From the NCBI GenBank assembly GCA_963676915.2, contig CAXXVK010000010.1, forward strand, positions 150,992 to 214,991: DNA of 64,000 nucleotides. The letters are read 5' to 3'. The translations under genes and the position numbers were made by a program. Below, piece by piece: positions 1 through 9,839 of this stretch; position 1 is the first letter of the stretch, and each line of letters starts with the position of its first letter. This DNA is from Myxococcota bacterium (GTDB taxonomy: Bacteria > Myxococcota_A > SURF-8 > G963663525). The notes beneath the pieces were generated by a model, which searched no databases, was not told the DNA's origin, and worked only from the letters and a program-made list of their open reading frames with translations.

Positions 1-670
1 CCAGAGAATACAGCAACTCGTCATCGACTTCCTGCGGTCCCAGAATCTTGGCTCCGGCTCGCATACGATAACCGAAGTTCAGGCCGAGCAGCAGCCATTC
101 GAGCGGTTCGGTATCGACGAGCAGTTTGAATTCGGTTCCGAAACCGCCGTCGCTCATCCAGCTTTCGTCGTCGCCGGTGGGAAGAATCAACGTGGTGAGG
201 AAACCAACACCGACCGGGTACTGGGTACGGTCCAACAGACGGAATTTGTTATGGATTCTCAGATCTCCGATTCCCGAAGCGGCGGGGTCGTCGTCGTTGA
301 GAAAGCCATCGCCATCCTGAAACAGCACCACGGGAAATTCCAGACCGAGTTGGTAGTATTTCCAGAAGGCGATGGAGTATTGCAGATCCATGCGCAACTG
401 GGAGCCGAGTAGATCGACTGTCTCGGTTTTCTGGGTTTCGGTGATCCGGCGATTCAATTCGAGCAGACCGTAGGCGAATTGCGTATGCACCGCCCCGCCC
501 ATTCCCCATTGGGAATACAGCGCCGTCGAATCCGTTTGAAGGAATCCGAGATTGTCCACCGGAGGATGGTAGTGATTAAGATCCACGCCCTGGCTTTGCG
601 CCCATAGCGTAGAAGGTAACAATACCAAACTAATTAATATAAGGCTCCGCAGCCACCACGATTGCAGCAC
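1..670 (-). CDS. Partial (runs off left edge) secreted outer-membrane beta-barrel protein, resembling the N-terminal barrel of myxobacterial OmpA/TraB-like proteins; absent from the ORF track
   Basis: Manual translation from GTG at 670 (GGAGAG RBS upstream): MLQSWWLRSLILISLVLLPSTLWAQ signal peptide, then GIGDLRIHNKFRLL, LILPTGDDESWMSDG, LGLNFGYRMR; open to position 1. Confidence 0.7.
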   Translation of the reverse strand, partial: MLQSWWLRSLILISLVLLPSTLWAQSQGVDLNHYHPPVDNLGFLQTDSTALYSQWGMGGAVHTQFAYGLLELNRRITETQKTETVDLLGSQLRMDLQYSIAFWKYYQLGLEFPVVLFQDGDGFLNDDDPAASGIGDLRIHNKFRLLDRTQYPVGVGFLTTLILPTGDDESWMSDGGFGTEFKLLVDTEPLEWLLLGLNFGYRMRAGAKILGPQEVDDELLYSL

Positions 671-699
671 CGCACACTCTCCCTGCAAAGATAACATTC

Positions 700-734
700 A
701 AACCGCCCCATCATGGCACGAGCATGGGCGGTTT
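700..734 (-). terminator. Putative intrinsic terminator hairpin downstream of the nitroreductase gene
   Basis: AAACCGCCC...GGGCGGTTT inverted repeat. Confidence 0.4.
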
Positions 735-797
735 ACAAGAAATTACTGGTTGTAAGACGTTTCCGACGGCAAAAACATCGATTTGCGTCGAATTCTT

Positions 798-1328
798 TCA
801 CCATCGGTCCCGTTTGAAAATTTCGTCGAACGTTTTCCGTTTCTTTTCGCGGGGTTTGTAGTCCGGTAAAGGTCGTCCCAGCGGCGTCATCGCCACCACT
901 TTGACTTCTCTCGGAATACCCAATTCCCGCTGTACGGTCTCTTCGTCGTATACGCCCAACCAACAGGTGCCGTAGCCCATTTCCCAGGCTTTCAGCGTCA
1001 GGTGGTCGAAGGCGATGGCCACATCCACGTATCGGTAATCGATTCCGTTGTAAACACCGGATTCTCCCGGCACCGCACAGGCGACAAGCAGCATCGGCGC
1101 GTATTTCGCCCAGCGATTGACGGCTTTTTCCATCCAGGGAATCTGCACCAGGGCTTCGATCTTCGCAGGATCGGTAACGGCGATAAACCGCCAGGTCTGC
1201 GTGTTTTTCCAACTCGGCGCCCGTCCGGCCGTCTCGATGATCTCCCGAAGGTCTTCTTCCGGGATGGGGTCGGGCAGAAATTTACGGATCGAGCATCGGT
1301 TTTTCGCAAGTTCGGAAAAATCCATCAC
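798..1328 (-). CDS. Nitroreductase family protein
   Basis: RCSIRKF, APSWKNTQTW, GYGTCWLG motifs typical of FMN nitroreductases. Confidence 0.92.
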   Translation of the reverse strand: MMDFSELAKNRCSIRKFLPDPIPEEDLREIIETAGRAPSWKNTQTWRFIAVTDPAKIEALVQIPWMEKAVNRWAKYAPMLLVACAVPGESGVYNGIDYRYVDVAIAFDHLTLKAWEMGYGTCWLGVYDEETVQRELGIPREVKVVAMTPLGRPLPDYKPREKKRKTFDEIFKRDRW

Positions 1329-1633
1329 TACCTACCTTTTGCTGCAAAAAAACGAAAAGACTTGGAATTGTTTATTAATACAAATTTTTACGGCTGTAAA
1401 CCCGAAAGGGATGCGAATCGAACTCTTGGGAGGAATATGATGGATTTATGACGGATAGAATGCACGTTTTTCTCAACTGTGAAAGCTCATTGCTTGCACG
1501 ACGTTCGTTCTGTAAAATGTGTTCAAATCATTTGGGAAAAAGAAAAACTCTTTGCCGACAACGTTTTTCGGTACGGTTTTCTATTTTACTTGCGTTTCAT
1601 GCACAACGACAATGGCTCATTCTGGAGGATGGA

Positions 1634-2680
1634 ATGCCGCGTTTTTCCTTAAACGAAGTTTTGACCGTCGTTATTTGGATTCTTCTTGTCGGTTGTTCAG
1701 CGGATGACTCCTCTTCGTTGCAAGCCGATGAGGATGTGGAATCCGAACAGTCGGAGCTTTTCGAAGATGGAGATGCCGTTCCCGATGTTTCGCAAAACGG
1801 ATCTTTCGCTTTTTCACAATCACGTGAGGTCTTGGAGGTCGAAAACGGCAGCGAAACGCTGGCGCTGGAGTTTCTTTTGTTACTTCCCGAAGGAGACGGG
1901 CCGTTTCCTCTGGTGGTTTTCACCCACGGATTCTCACTCAGCCCTGAGATGTATACCACGTATGGAGAGCGTCTCGCTTCCTGGGGATTGGTTGCAATAT
2001 TGCCACAAATGCCGGGAAGTTTGACCGAGCCGGAAACCCATCGGGAACTCGCGGACCATCTTGCTGCCCTGATCGATTGGGCCACCGATCCGGCGACGGA
2101 AAAACTCGCGGGAAAACTGAAGGAACAGAGCATCGGCCTGGCGGGTCATTCGATGGGAGGCAAAATTTCCTTTCTGCTGGCGAGCAGGGATTCGCGAATT
2201 CAAGCGGTTTTCGGGGTGGACCCGGTGGATTCCGCACCGCCCATCGAATACGACGCCGAGGATTATCCTTCCGTAACTCCCGAACGTATGGCGGATATCT
2301 CCGTGCCATTCGTCGCGCTGGGAGAAACGACAAACGGAGGAGACAGTTCTGCGGCTTGTGCACCTTCCGCTGAGAATTTCGAGCAAATTTATGCATTTGC
2401 CGAAAGTCCGGCCTTTCGAATCGAAATGCTTGGAGCCAACCACATGTCGTTTCTGGATGATCCCGACTGCGGCATCCTCTGTGCCGTCTGTCCGACAGGT
2501 ACGGATGATCCGGCGATGACGCGGGCTTTGACCCAAAAATATATGACGGCGTTTTTTCTGGCGGTTCTTGAAAACCGTTCCGAATGCTTCGACTACCTGA
2601 CCGGGGATCGCATGGAGGAGGACATCGAAGCCGGATGGGTCGATGTCGAAACGAAAAACGGTTTCGGAACGGGCCTTTAG
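1634..2680 (+). CDS. Lipoprotein alpha/beta hydrolase (chlorophyllase/PAF-acetylhydrolase-like)
   Basis: GGAGG RBS before ATG 1634; lipobox LVGC; PLVVFTHG, GHSMGG nucleophile elbow, VDPVD, GANHMSF. Confidence 0.85.
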   Translation: MPRFSLNEVLTVVIWILLVGCSADDSSSLQADEDVESEQSELFEDGDAVPDVSQNGSFAFSQSREVLEVENGSETLALEFLLLLPEGDGPFPLVVFTHGFSLSPEMYTTYGERLASWGLVAILPQMPGSLTEPETHRELADHLAALIDWATDPATEKLAGKLKEQSIGLAGHSMGGKISFLLASRDSRIQAVFGVDPVDSAPPIEYDAEDYPSVTPERMADISVPFVALGETTNGGDSSAACAPSAENFEQIYAFAESPAFRIEMLGANHMSFLDDPDCGILCAVCPTGTDDPAMTRALTQKYMTAFFLAVLENRSECFDYLTGDRMEEDIEAGWVDVETKNGFGTGL

Positions 2681-2841
2681 AAGCCATCCTAAAATTAGCG
2701 ACCGAGGATTTTGAGGCGATTTCGAGACGGATTCGTCGTTGTAGAGACGCGGAATACCGGGAGTCTTTCAAGTCGAGATCAGCGGCGAAGTCGTCCAAAA
2801 GCGTCCGAAAGGCGACAGGAAGTATATTTAGGATGGCTTCT
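2679..2841. mobile_element. MITE-like element of ~163 bp with perfect 15-bp terminal inverted repeats
   Basis: AGAAGCCATCCTAAA (2679-2693) and TTTAGGATGGCTTCT (2827-2841); no credible ORF inside. Confidence 0.65.
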
Positions 2842-3066
2842 TGTTCAAAGTGGCACCCCTTCCCGCAACGGAACTTGACAGAAGGGCCAGAAACGTTTAC
2901 TAGAATCCTTCGCGATCCGAAACGGTCGTGGGAAATTATTGTATTGGGTCGGCGGGAGGAGGCAGACGCGCAAAAAAGCGCCAAACGAAGAAAAATCGCC
3001 TCGTCTTTTGCATCTTCGGTAAATCGTGTATAGTCGAACCCAAGTGAAACAGGTAAAGGTAGACCA

Positions 3067-3351
3067 ATGGCCATCGAAAAAGTCAGCGCCCCCATCCTTT
3101 TCGACGTACGATGCTCCAAACGGAACATGGACAAGGGGTTGTTGGATTCCGCAGAATACCAAAAGTACCTCGACTCTCTGCCGGACAGCAGTGACAAGGC
3201 CGCAGAACTCGAAGTGGATCAAAACGCCGAAATCGCCGAAAAAGAAGCCCGACGCGAAGAGTTGGGTATCGTGACGAAATCGGAAAGCGATTCGGCGAAA
3301 ACGGTGGAGGAACCCAAGGAAGAAGCCGCCTATTTCGAGGAGGAAGAGTGA
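3067..3351 (+). CDS. Small acidic hypothetical protein
   Basis: AAGG RBS; FDVR...KGLL...EYQKYLDSLPD; stop overlaps the start of the next gene. Confidence 0.75.
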   Translation: MAIEKVSAPILFDVRCSKRNMDKGLLDSAEYQKYLDSLPDSSDKAAELEVDQNAEIAEKEARREELGIVTKSESDSAKTVEEPKEEAAYFEEEE

Positions 3352-5171
3352 CCTTATCTCTTCGTCTTTCGTTTCGGCCTCTTTGGAGCCTGCTGGTGCT
3401 GCTCATCGGCGGGCTCGCCGTGTCGAGCTGTTCTTTCGGAAAAAACACCCCCTCTCCTCGAACGGTGACCTTGCTCGTCGAGCAGGAAGACGGCTCCGTC
3501 TCCGAAAAACACGTGCGTGCCGGTTCCCCTTCGGCCTACAGCTATTATCTTCACGCCAAACAACTCGAACATCTGCGCCGTTATTCGGAAGCCGCACAGG
3601 CTTACGAAAAAGCTTTGCAGTTCGAAAAAGGTTCGGCCGTCATTCGCTCGGACTACAGCCAGGTGCTGTTGTTGCTCGACCGGGTGGACGACGCTCTGCA
3701 ACAGGCGGCGTACGCCACACGGCTGGAGCCGAACTGGGCTAGAGGATACTATCAACTCGGACGCATACAGTTTTCGATCGACCGCTTCGAAAACGCGATT
3801 GCCTCCTTCGACAAGGCGATTGTCTGCAACCCGGATTTCATCGAAGCTTACCGACGCAAGGGAGAAGTTCTCTATATTACCGGAAAGTTGGAAGAACTCG
3901 CCGAAATGTACCTGGACTGGACCCGGCGTCGCCCGGACGACCGTATGGCCTGGTACTACCTCGTACGACTTTATCGTTTCGAGCGAAATTTGCCCGCATT
4001 GGAAAACGCCCTGCTCAAGCTTCTGGAATTCGAGCCGGATAACACCGAAGCACTGCACGAACTGGTGGTTTGGTACGAACGCACGCGACGCTATGAAGAC
4101 GCCGCACGGCAACTGGAACGGCTCGACAAGCGCCACCCCGACAACCCCGCCATTCTGATCCAAATCGGTGCGAATTACGCCAAAGCGGGAAAGATCGATA
4201 AGGCGCAGGAACTGTTCGAGCGCGCCCGCCGACTCGATGGCTTTTCGGGAAAACTTCACTTGCAGATTTCGTTAGCCTGGTATGAAGCCAAGCAATACGA
4301 TCGCACCGAAAAAAGCCTGATGGAACATTATCGCCTGGGTGATCGGGCGCTTGCCGCTTTTATGATGGGCACAATCTCCCAGGATCGAAAACAGTTCGAT
4401 GCAGCGTTGAAATGGTACGAGGACGTAACAACCATCGAACCCGACACCGAACGCGGCCTGGAAGCTCTCCTGGCGATGGCGAGGATTCACCACCAACAGG
4501 GTCGGGATGACCTTGCCCTTAGAAAGTTGCGCACGGCGGAGCGACTGTTCCGCGACTCACCGAGATACTGGATCGGCGCAAGCGACTGGCATCGTGAAGC
4601 AGGCCAACCCGAGCAGGCCATTACCGAGTTGGAACGCGGCATGGATATCGTGCAAGACCCGCTGATGCTCGAATATACCAAAGCAGCTCTTTTGGAACGA
4701 CTGGGACAGGTGGACCGCTCCCTTGAAATGATGGAAGACATCATCGCCCGGCATCCCGATCATGCCAACGCGCTCAATTTCGTAGGATACGTCCTGGCCA
4801 ACTCGAACCGCAACCTCGACAAGGCCGAGCGCTACATTCGCAAAGCCATTCGTCTGGCTCCCGACGAGGGATACATCATCGATTCTCTGGGATGGGTGCT
4901 CTATCGCAAGGGACAGACGGACAAAGCGCTGAAGTGGTTGTCACTGGCCCGGCTGCTGTATCCCGAGGAAGCGGAAATCCTGTATCATTACGCCGTAGTG
5001 CTCAAAGACACCGGTAAAATGGACGACGCTCGTGCGGTGCTGGATCAACTCTCCGGGATGACCCTGGAACCGCCTCAACTGCGCGAAGGCTTGGAGAAGA
5101 ATTTTCCCGACGACTGGCCCCGACCCAACGCCTCGCCCACGCCGGAACCCTCGACTCCGCAAACGAAGTAG
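3348..5171 (+). CDS. Tetratricopeptide-repeat lipoprotein
   Basis: Lipobox VSSC; many TPR units; C-terminal ALNFVGYVLA...YIIDSLGWVLY. Confidence 0.9.
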   Translation: MTLSLRLSFRPLWSLLVLLIGGLAVSSCSFGKNTPSPRTVTLLVEQEDGSVSEKHVRAGSPSAYSYYLHAKQLEHLRRYSEAAQAYEKALQFEKGSAVIRSDYSQVLLLLDRVDDALQQAAYATRLEPNWARGYYQLGRIQFSIDRFENAIASFDKAIVCNPDFIEAYRRKGEVLYITGKLEELAEMYLDWTRRRPDDRMAWYYLVRLYRFERNLPALENALLKLLEFEPDNTEALHELVVWYERTRRYEDAARQLERLDKRHPDNPAILIQIGANYAKAGKIDKAQELFERARRLDGFSGKLHLQISLAWYEAKQYDRTEKSLMEHYRLGDRALAAFMMGTISQDRKQFDAALKWYEDVTTIEPDTERGLEALLAMARIHHQQGRDDLALRKLRTAERLFRDSPRYWIGASDWHREAGQPEQAITELERGMDIVQDPLMLEYTKAALLERLGQVDRSLEMMEDIIARHPDHANALNFVGYVLANSNRNLDKAERYIRKAIRLAPDEGYIIDSLGWVLYRKGQTDKALKWLSLARLLYPEEAEILYHYAVVLKDTGKMDDARAVLDQLSGMTLEPPQLREGLEKNFPDDWPRPNASPTPEPSTPQTK

Positions 5172-5177
5172 CGCGAC

Positions 5178-5957
5178 ATGACACGTTTTTCACTCCTTTT
5201 TCGGCTTTTGTTCGTGGTTATCCTCGGGGTAGGAACGCTTTCCGGCTGCCGCAGTACATCCACGCCCGATCCGCAGGTGCAAAACCTCCCCAAACCCGAT
5301 GTCGCCGACCTGCTCGATTCCCTGCGCCAGCGGGACAAGGAAATCCGCAACATCAACGTGGTGTTCGATGCCGAAATTCTGGAAAACAGCCGCGAGCAGC
5401 GGGTGCAGATTATCGCGATTGCCGAGAAACCCGATAAACTGTATCTGGAAATCGCGGGACCGCTGGGGATGCTCGGAATGTTCAGTTGCGACGGTCAGGA
5501 AATCCGGCTGTTCAACGGTGAAACGCGACAAATGGAAATTGGACCAGCGGACAAGGCCGTGCTGTCCTCGCTGATTCCCATAGAAATGGACCCGGCACAG
5601 CTCGTTTCGGTCTTGAGCGTTGCGCCCACACCCATCGAGCACGATGCCCACAATCTTTCCTACGACGCCAAGGCCGGTTTGTGGGTGTTGACCTTTGCCC
5701 ATCGCCCGAGCCACACGATGCAACGCTTTCGCTTCGCACCGTCCACGATGGATTTGCACTCGGTGGCCTATCTGGAAAACGGAACTCTCGTGGCCCGTGC
5801 CACCTATCTGCGATGGAAAAAGACACCCAAAGGACGCCTGCCGGAGTTATGGAAGATCGATATTCCCGCCCGCAACGTGACCCTCAACCTTGACCGCAAC
5901 GGCGAGGCCATCCTCAACCGGGACTACCCGGAACAGACGTTTCGGATTTCTCCCTGA
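5178..5957 (+). CDS. Outer-membrane lipoprotein, LolB-like/DUF4292-like
   Basis: Lipobox LSGC; beta-rich LolA/LolB-like pattern; directly follows a TPR gene, as lolB does in many proteobacteria. Confidence 0.6.
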   Translation: MTRFSLLFRLLFVVILGVGTLSGCRSTSTPDPQVQNLPKPDVADLLDSLRQRDKEIRNINVVFDAEILENSREQRVQIIAIAEKPDKLYLEIAGPLGMLGMFSCDGQEIRLFNGETRQMEIGPADKAVLSSLIPIEMDPAQLVSVLSVAPTPIEHDAHNLSYDAKAGLWVLTFAHRPSHTMQRFRFAPSTMDLHSVAYLENGTLVARATYLRWKKTPKGRLPELWKIDIPARNVTLNLDRNGEAILNRDYPEQTFRISP

Positions 5958-5977
5958 AGGCGGAGAGATCGTTGGGC

Positions 5978-6003
5978 GTGCATCACAAAATACAGCGACT
6001 TTC
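5978..6003 (+). repeat. Solo MITE-like terminal repeat
   Basis: GTGCATCACAAAATAcaGCGACTTTC matches 60256-60281 at 24 of 26 positions. Confidence 0.7.
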
Positions 6004-6017
6004 AAGCTGCCAAGCGA

Positions 6018-6042
6018 TGGACGGGGATTGCATCGCCGTCCA
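6018..6042 (-). repeat. REP-like palindrome, family copy 1
   Basis: Minus strand TGGACGGCGAT-GCA-ATCCCCGTCCA, one mismatch from 18412-18436. Confidence 0.75.
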
Positions 6043-6081
6043 GTTTCTTCTCGATGGAAAATGTGGGGAACGGGAAGTAAT

Positions 6082-6756
6082 CTATTGGTTGGAAGATGAG
6101 GTGTAAGTTGCCTTTTCTATTTCCTTGTTCAACTCCTCGACTAATCTGTACACGGTGGTAGATGGATTGGGATACGGTTCATTTTTGTAATTGGCAATAA
6201 GTTTTTTGGCGTAACGTATCCCGTTCTCTTGTTTGTCCAGCAACTTATCATATATTCCAGGATCATTCTTTACATATTTATATCCGAGCTTTTCATCTAA
6301 TTTTCTACATAGTTGTTTACGGCCATAACCGGTAATTGTGTAATCAAAGTGCAGTAAATACCACAATTCAAAAGCTTCATTGGAGAAGGCTATTCGGTAG
6401 ACTTTCTTGTTGCCGAATATCTTATTCAGGTTTCTTACCTTTTGAAAAGCCTGATTGATTTGTTCGGAGCTGAAGCCATCATGGTCAAACACGCACCATA
6501 CATGATCGAAAGGTCCGTTTTGATCTACAAGTTTTTCAGCGTAAGTAACCAATGAAATCGTATTTCGACCAGTTCCTTTAATGGTGACCTGGACGGAATT
6601 TCTCCTCAATTTCTGGCGAAAGGATTCAAAATACTGTGGCTCTGTTTTTTCGCCTTCACAGACGATAAGAATCGTTTTGAACGGTTCACGGTTTTTGTAG
6701 GGTCTCTTCGGTCGTTGTCTTCTAACACGTCCCGTTTTTTTCGCACCTCTACCCAT
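6082..6756 (-). CDS. rloB: RloB family protein (TOPRIM-like; AbiLii-related)
   Basis: ILIVCEGEKTEPQYF, WCVFDHD, SNEAFELWYLLHF, NPSTTVYRLV; AT-rich; start overlaps the rloA stop. Confidence 0.9.
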   Translation of the reverse strand: MGRGAKKTGRVRRQRPKRPYKNREPFKTILIVCEGEKTEPQYFESFRQKLRRNSVQVTIKGTGRNTISLVTYAEKLVDQNGPFDHVWCVFDHDGFSSEQINQAFQKVRNLNKIFGNKKVYRIAFSNEAFELWYLLHFDYTITGYGRKQLCRKLDEKLGYKYVKNDPGIYDKLLDKQENGIRYAKKLIANYKNEPYPNPSTTVYRLVEELNKEIEKATYTSSSNQ

Positions 6757-8041
6757 CGCATGAATCTCCGTCTGCAAAGCCACCCAAGAACGGGATTGCT
6801 CCGTATTTGCCTCGAAGATAATTCAAGTCCAAAGCCTCATCGTTTCTTGGACTAAATTCAGCAAGGCTATACAAATCACTGGATTGATCCTGCCGTTTCT
6901 CTGTAAACATGATCTGGTCACGTCTGAAGAGATTTGTGCGCCGATTAAGAAGATTGGAGTCGTGAGTGGTTACGATAAGCTGCGCGTTGTTTTTATTCAT
7001 TTTATCCGTGCGGAATAAACGCAACAACTCCATAGTCATCAGTGGATGCAAACGGGCGTCGACCTCATCAATCACCAGCACTCGTCCCTCTGCCAGAGTT
7101 TCAAGAAAAGGTCCAGCCAGTGCATAAAGCTTCTGGGTACCATGTGATTCGTGTTTTTCCAGATTAAAATGAACCGGTTTTTGGCCTTCGATTTCATGAA
7201 TGGTGTTTATCGACGTTATGCCTTTTTTTCCAGTTATCTCATTATACGAAAACTCAAAATTACCAGTCTCCTTCATATTTCTCATGAAAATTTTCTCAAA
7301 CTGGTCTTCATCTATTTCCGTATTGTTGCAATCGACGCCTTTAATCCCAACATCAAGCTTACATAAAAACTTGTTTATTTCTTCCGAAAACTTTCCTTCT
7401 CTATGAAGGGAAAGAGTATGTGCTTTAAAGGATCTAGGTTCAAACCCGTCAATGATGATCAATTTTAGGAAATATTTAACAATATCACCTGCAATCTTCC
7501 CGTCCATTTGGGCAACGAGAGACAAGAAAAGGGCATTTTTTCGTAACCGTTTTGTTAAATCGAGACCTTCTTTGAAAGTTGCTTTATTGATGTAGTAAAC
7601 ACCGTCTGTGTTTCGCTCGAAGAGACGAATTTGTCGCTTTTTACGCCTGTACAACCATTCTTCTATTATCGCTTCTTTTGTCACTTTGAATCCGTAGGTA
7701 TACTCACTGTCTCCAATAAAGAAAATTAATTCGAATAGCGAAGGTTCTTGTGACGATTTAGGATCAAGCAAAAACGGTTCTGACTCTATGGGTTCACCTT
7801 TTTGGGTATCCTTTGATGAGTGCAGAACCATACTTTTCATGTACCGAAGTGCCTTGACCAGATTTGATTTTCCACTGGCGTTAGCACCGTATATGGCAGC
7901 AGTATTTAGCAATTTTTCACCGTCTGGAGCCGTAATTAAATTTGTGCTTTCCATTCCTTTTAGCTTTTTTTCAGCTTCCATGAACAAGGTTACCTGTTCT
8001 TTGAATGAGCGAAAGTTTTCTACACTAAACTGTCTTAACAT
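6749..8041 (-). CDS. rloA: RloA-type AAA_21 ATPase (AbiLi-related)
   Basis: FSVENFRSF, Walker A YGANASGKSN, ESHGTQK, Walker B IDEVDARLHP, QLIVTTHD, YLRGKYGAIP. Confidence 0.9.
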   Translation of the reverse strand: MLRQFSVENFRSFKEQVTLFMEAEKKLKGMESTNLITAPDGEKLLNTAAIYGANASGKSNLVKALRYMKSMVLHSSKDTQKGEPIESEPFLLDPKSSQEPSLFELIFFIGDSEYTYGFKVTKEAIIEEWLYRRKKRQIRLFERNTDGVYYINKATFKEGLDLTKRLRKNALFLSLVAQMDGKIAGDIVKYFLKLIIIDGFEPRSFKAHTLSLHREGKFSEEINKFLCKLDVGIKGVDCNNTEIDEDQFEKIFMRNMKETGNFEFSYNEITGKKGITSINTIHEIEGQKPVHFNLEKHESHGTQKLYALAGPFLETLAEGRVLVIDEVDARLHPLMTMELLRLFRTDKMNKNNAQLIVTTHDSNLLNRRTNLFRRDQIMFTEKRQDQSSDLYSLAEFSPRNDEALDLNYLRGKYGAIPFLGGFADGDSCDG

Positions 8042-8423
8042 TTATTTTACCTTTTAGTTATCTTTAAGTTTTGTGTGTTTTCCGTATAAAACATAAATAA
8101 CATGACCGTTCGATAAAGTCAACGCTTTTAGATAATTTCAGAGTTTTCTGATTGATCTCCAGCTTTGGGAAAACCAACGTGACTGATGAAGTGTTGTCAA
8201 TAAAGCGTGAACCTGTGTCGGAACGATTACCACGAATCACATTCCAATCAAATACAATCCGTTTGATTGACTCCCGTAATTCTTTGGATACCTTGAGACT
8301 ATGCTCTTTTCATTCTTTATCCTCCCTCTCCCCCCAGCCCACAAAAAATCCTGTATTTCCGCACTATTCATGGTATAGGAGACGGGACTGCGGAATTACT
8401 TCTTCGATGCTTTTGGAGATGCC

Positions 8424-9797
8424 ATGAAGACGATTATCGAGCCGTTTCGTATCAAAATGGTGGAGCCGCTGCAATTCACGACGGTGGAGCAACGGCGCAA
8501 GACGCTGGCCGAGGCGCATTACAACGTGTTTCTGGTGCGTGCTCGGGACATTCTGATCGACCTGCTCACCGACTCCGGCACCTCTGCCATGAGCGCTCAG
8601 CAGTGGGCGGCGATGATGATCGGCGACGAGTCTTATGCCGGGTCCGACAGTTTCTATCGGTTCAAAGAAACCGTGGACGATATCTTTGGCTTCAAGCACG
8701 TTATTCCGACCCACCAGGGACGAGCCGCCGAGCGGATTTTGTTCTCGGTGATGGGCGGCGAAGGGAAAACCATCCCCAACAATACCCACTTCGATACGAC
8801 CCGCGCCAACATCGAGTACTCCGGCTCGGACGCGGTGGATCTCGTCATCGAAGAAGGTCGCCAACCCCAGAGTCGGCACCCCTTCAAGGGCAACATCGAC
8901 ACTGCCAAGCTGACCGCGTTGATCGAGGAACGCGGGGTCGAGAACATCCCTTGCGGCATGATCACCGTGACCAACAACTCGGGTGGCGGACAACCGGTGA
9001 GCATGGCGAACATCCGGGAAGTCTCGGAAATTCTTCACAAATACGGTATTCCTTTCATTATCGACGCCTGTCGTTTCGCCGAGAACGCCTATTTCATTAA
9101 GTTGCGCGAAGAAGGCTACACCGATACGCCGGTCAAGAAAATCGTTCAGGAGATGTTCTCGTATGCCGATGGCGTTACGATGTCGGCCAAAAAAGACGCT
9201 ATCGTCAACATCGGCGGCTTTTTGCTGCTAAACGACGATGCCGTGGCCGAGCAATGCCGCAACCTGCTGATTCTGACCGAAGGATTTCCCACCTACGGCG
9301 GACTGGCGGGCCGCGACCTGGATGCTATGGCCACGGGCTTGAAAGAAGTGCTGGACGAAAACTACCTGCAATATCGCCTCGCCTGTACCGAGTATTTCGG
9401 CAAAGCCTTGCGAAAAATCGGCGTCAAAATCGTCGAGCCGCCGGGAGGCCATGCCATTTACATCGACGCTCGGGATTTCCTGTCGCACCTGCCGCTGGAT
9501 CAGTTCCCGGCCTGGGCGCTGGCCAACGAACTGTATATTGCCGGGGGTATCCGGGGGGTGGAAATCGGTTCGGTGATGTTCGGCCGCAAGGACGAACAAG
9601 GCAACGAACTTCCCGCGCCGATGGACCTCGTACGGCTCTGTCTGCCGCGCCGGGTCTACACCCAAAGTCATGTGGATTACCTCGTCGAGGTGATCGAAGA
9701 ACTGTATCACCACCGGAAAGAGGTCAAGGGCGTGCGGATCGTCAAAGAACCGCCGTTCCTGCGTCACTTCACCTCGTGGTTCGAACCGGTGGATTAA
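8424..9797 (+). CDS. tnaA: Tryptophanase (beta-eliminating lyase)
   Basis: EPFRIKMVE, IDLLTDSGT, HQGRAAE, PLP lysine motif MSAKKD, RRVYTQSH, LRHFT. Confidence 0.88.
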   Translation: MKTIIEPFRIKMVEPLQFTTVEQRRKTLAEAHYNVFLVRARDILIDLLTDSGTSAMSAQQWAAMMIGDESYAGSDSFYRFKETVDDIFGFKHVIPTHQGRAAERILFSVMGGEGKTIPNNTHFDTTRANIEYSGSDAVDLVIEEGRQPQSRHPFKGNIDTAKLTALIEERGVENIPCGMITVTNNSGGGQPVSMANIREVSEILHKYGIPFIIDACRFAENAYFIKLREEGYTDTPVKKIVQEMFSYADGVTMSAKKDAIVNIGGFLLLNDDAVAEQCRNLLILTEGFPTYGGLAGRDLDAMATGLKEVLDENYLQYRLACTEYFGKALRKIGVKIVEPPGGHAIYIDARDFLSHLPLDQFPAWALANELYIAGGIRGVEIGSVMFGRKDEQGNELPAPMDLVRLCLPRRVYTQSHVDYLVEVIEELYHHRKEVKGVRIVKEPPFLRHFTSWFEPVD

Positions 9798-9839
9798 CCG
9801 AACCGTTCCCGGCACGACACGCCGGAAACAGGAAAGATC

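Noticed and set aside
8424-9797. Tyrosine phenol-lyase
   Set aside because: The SAKKD motif fits tryptophanase better than the SGKKD typical of TPL, though TPL is not fully excluded
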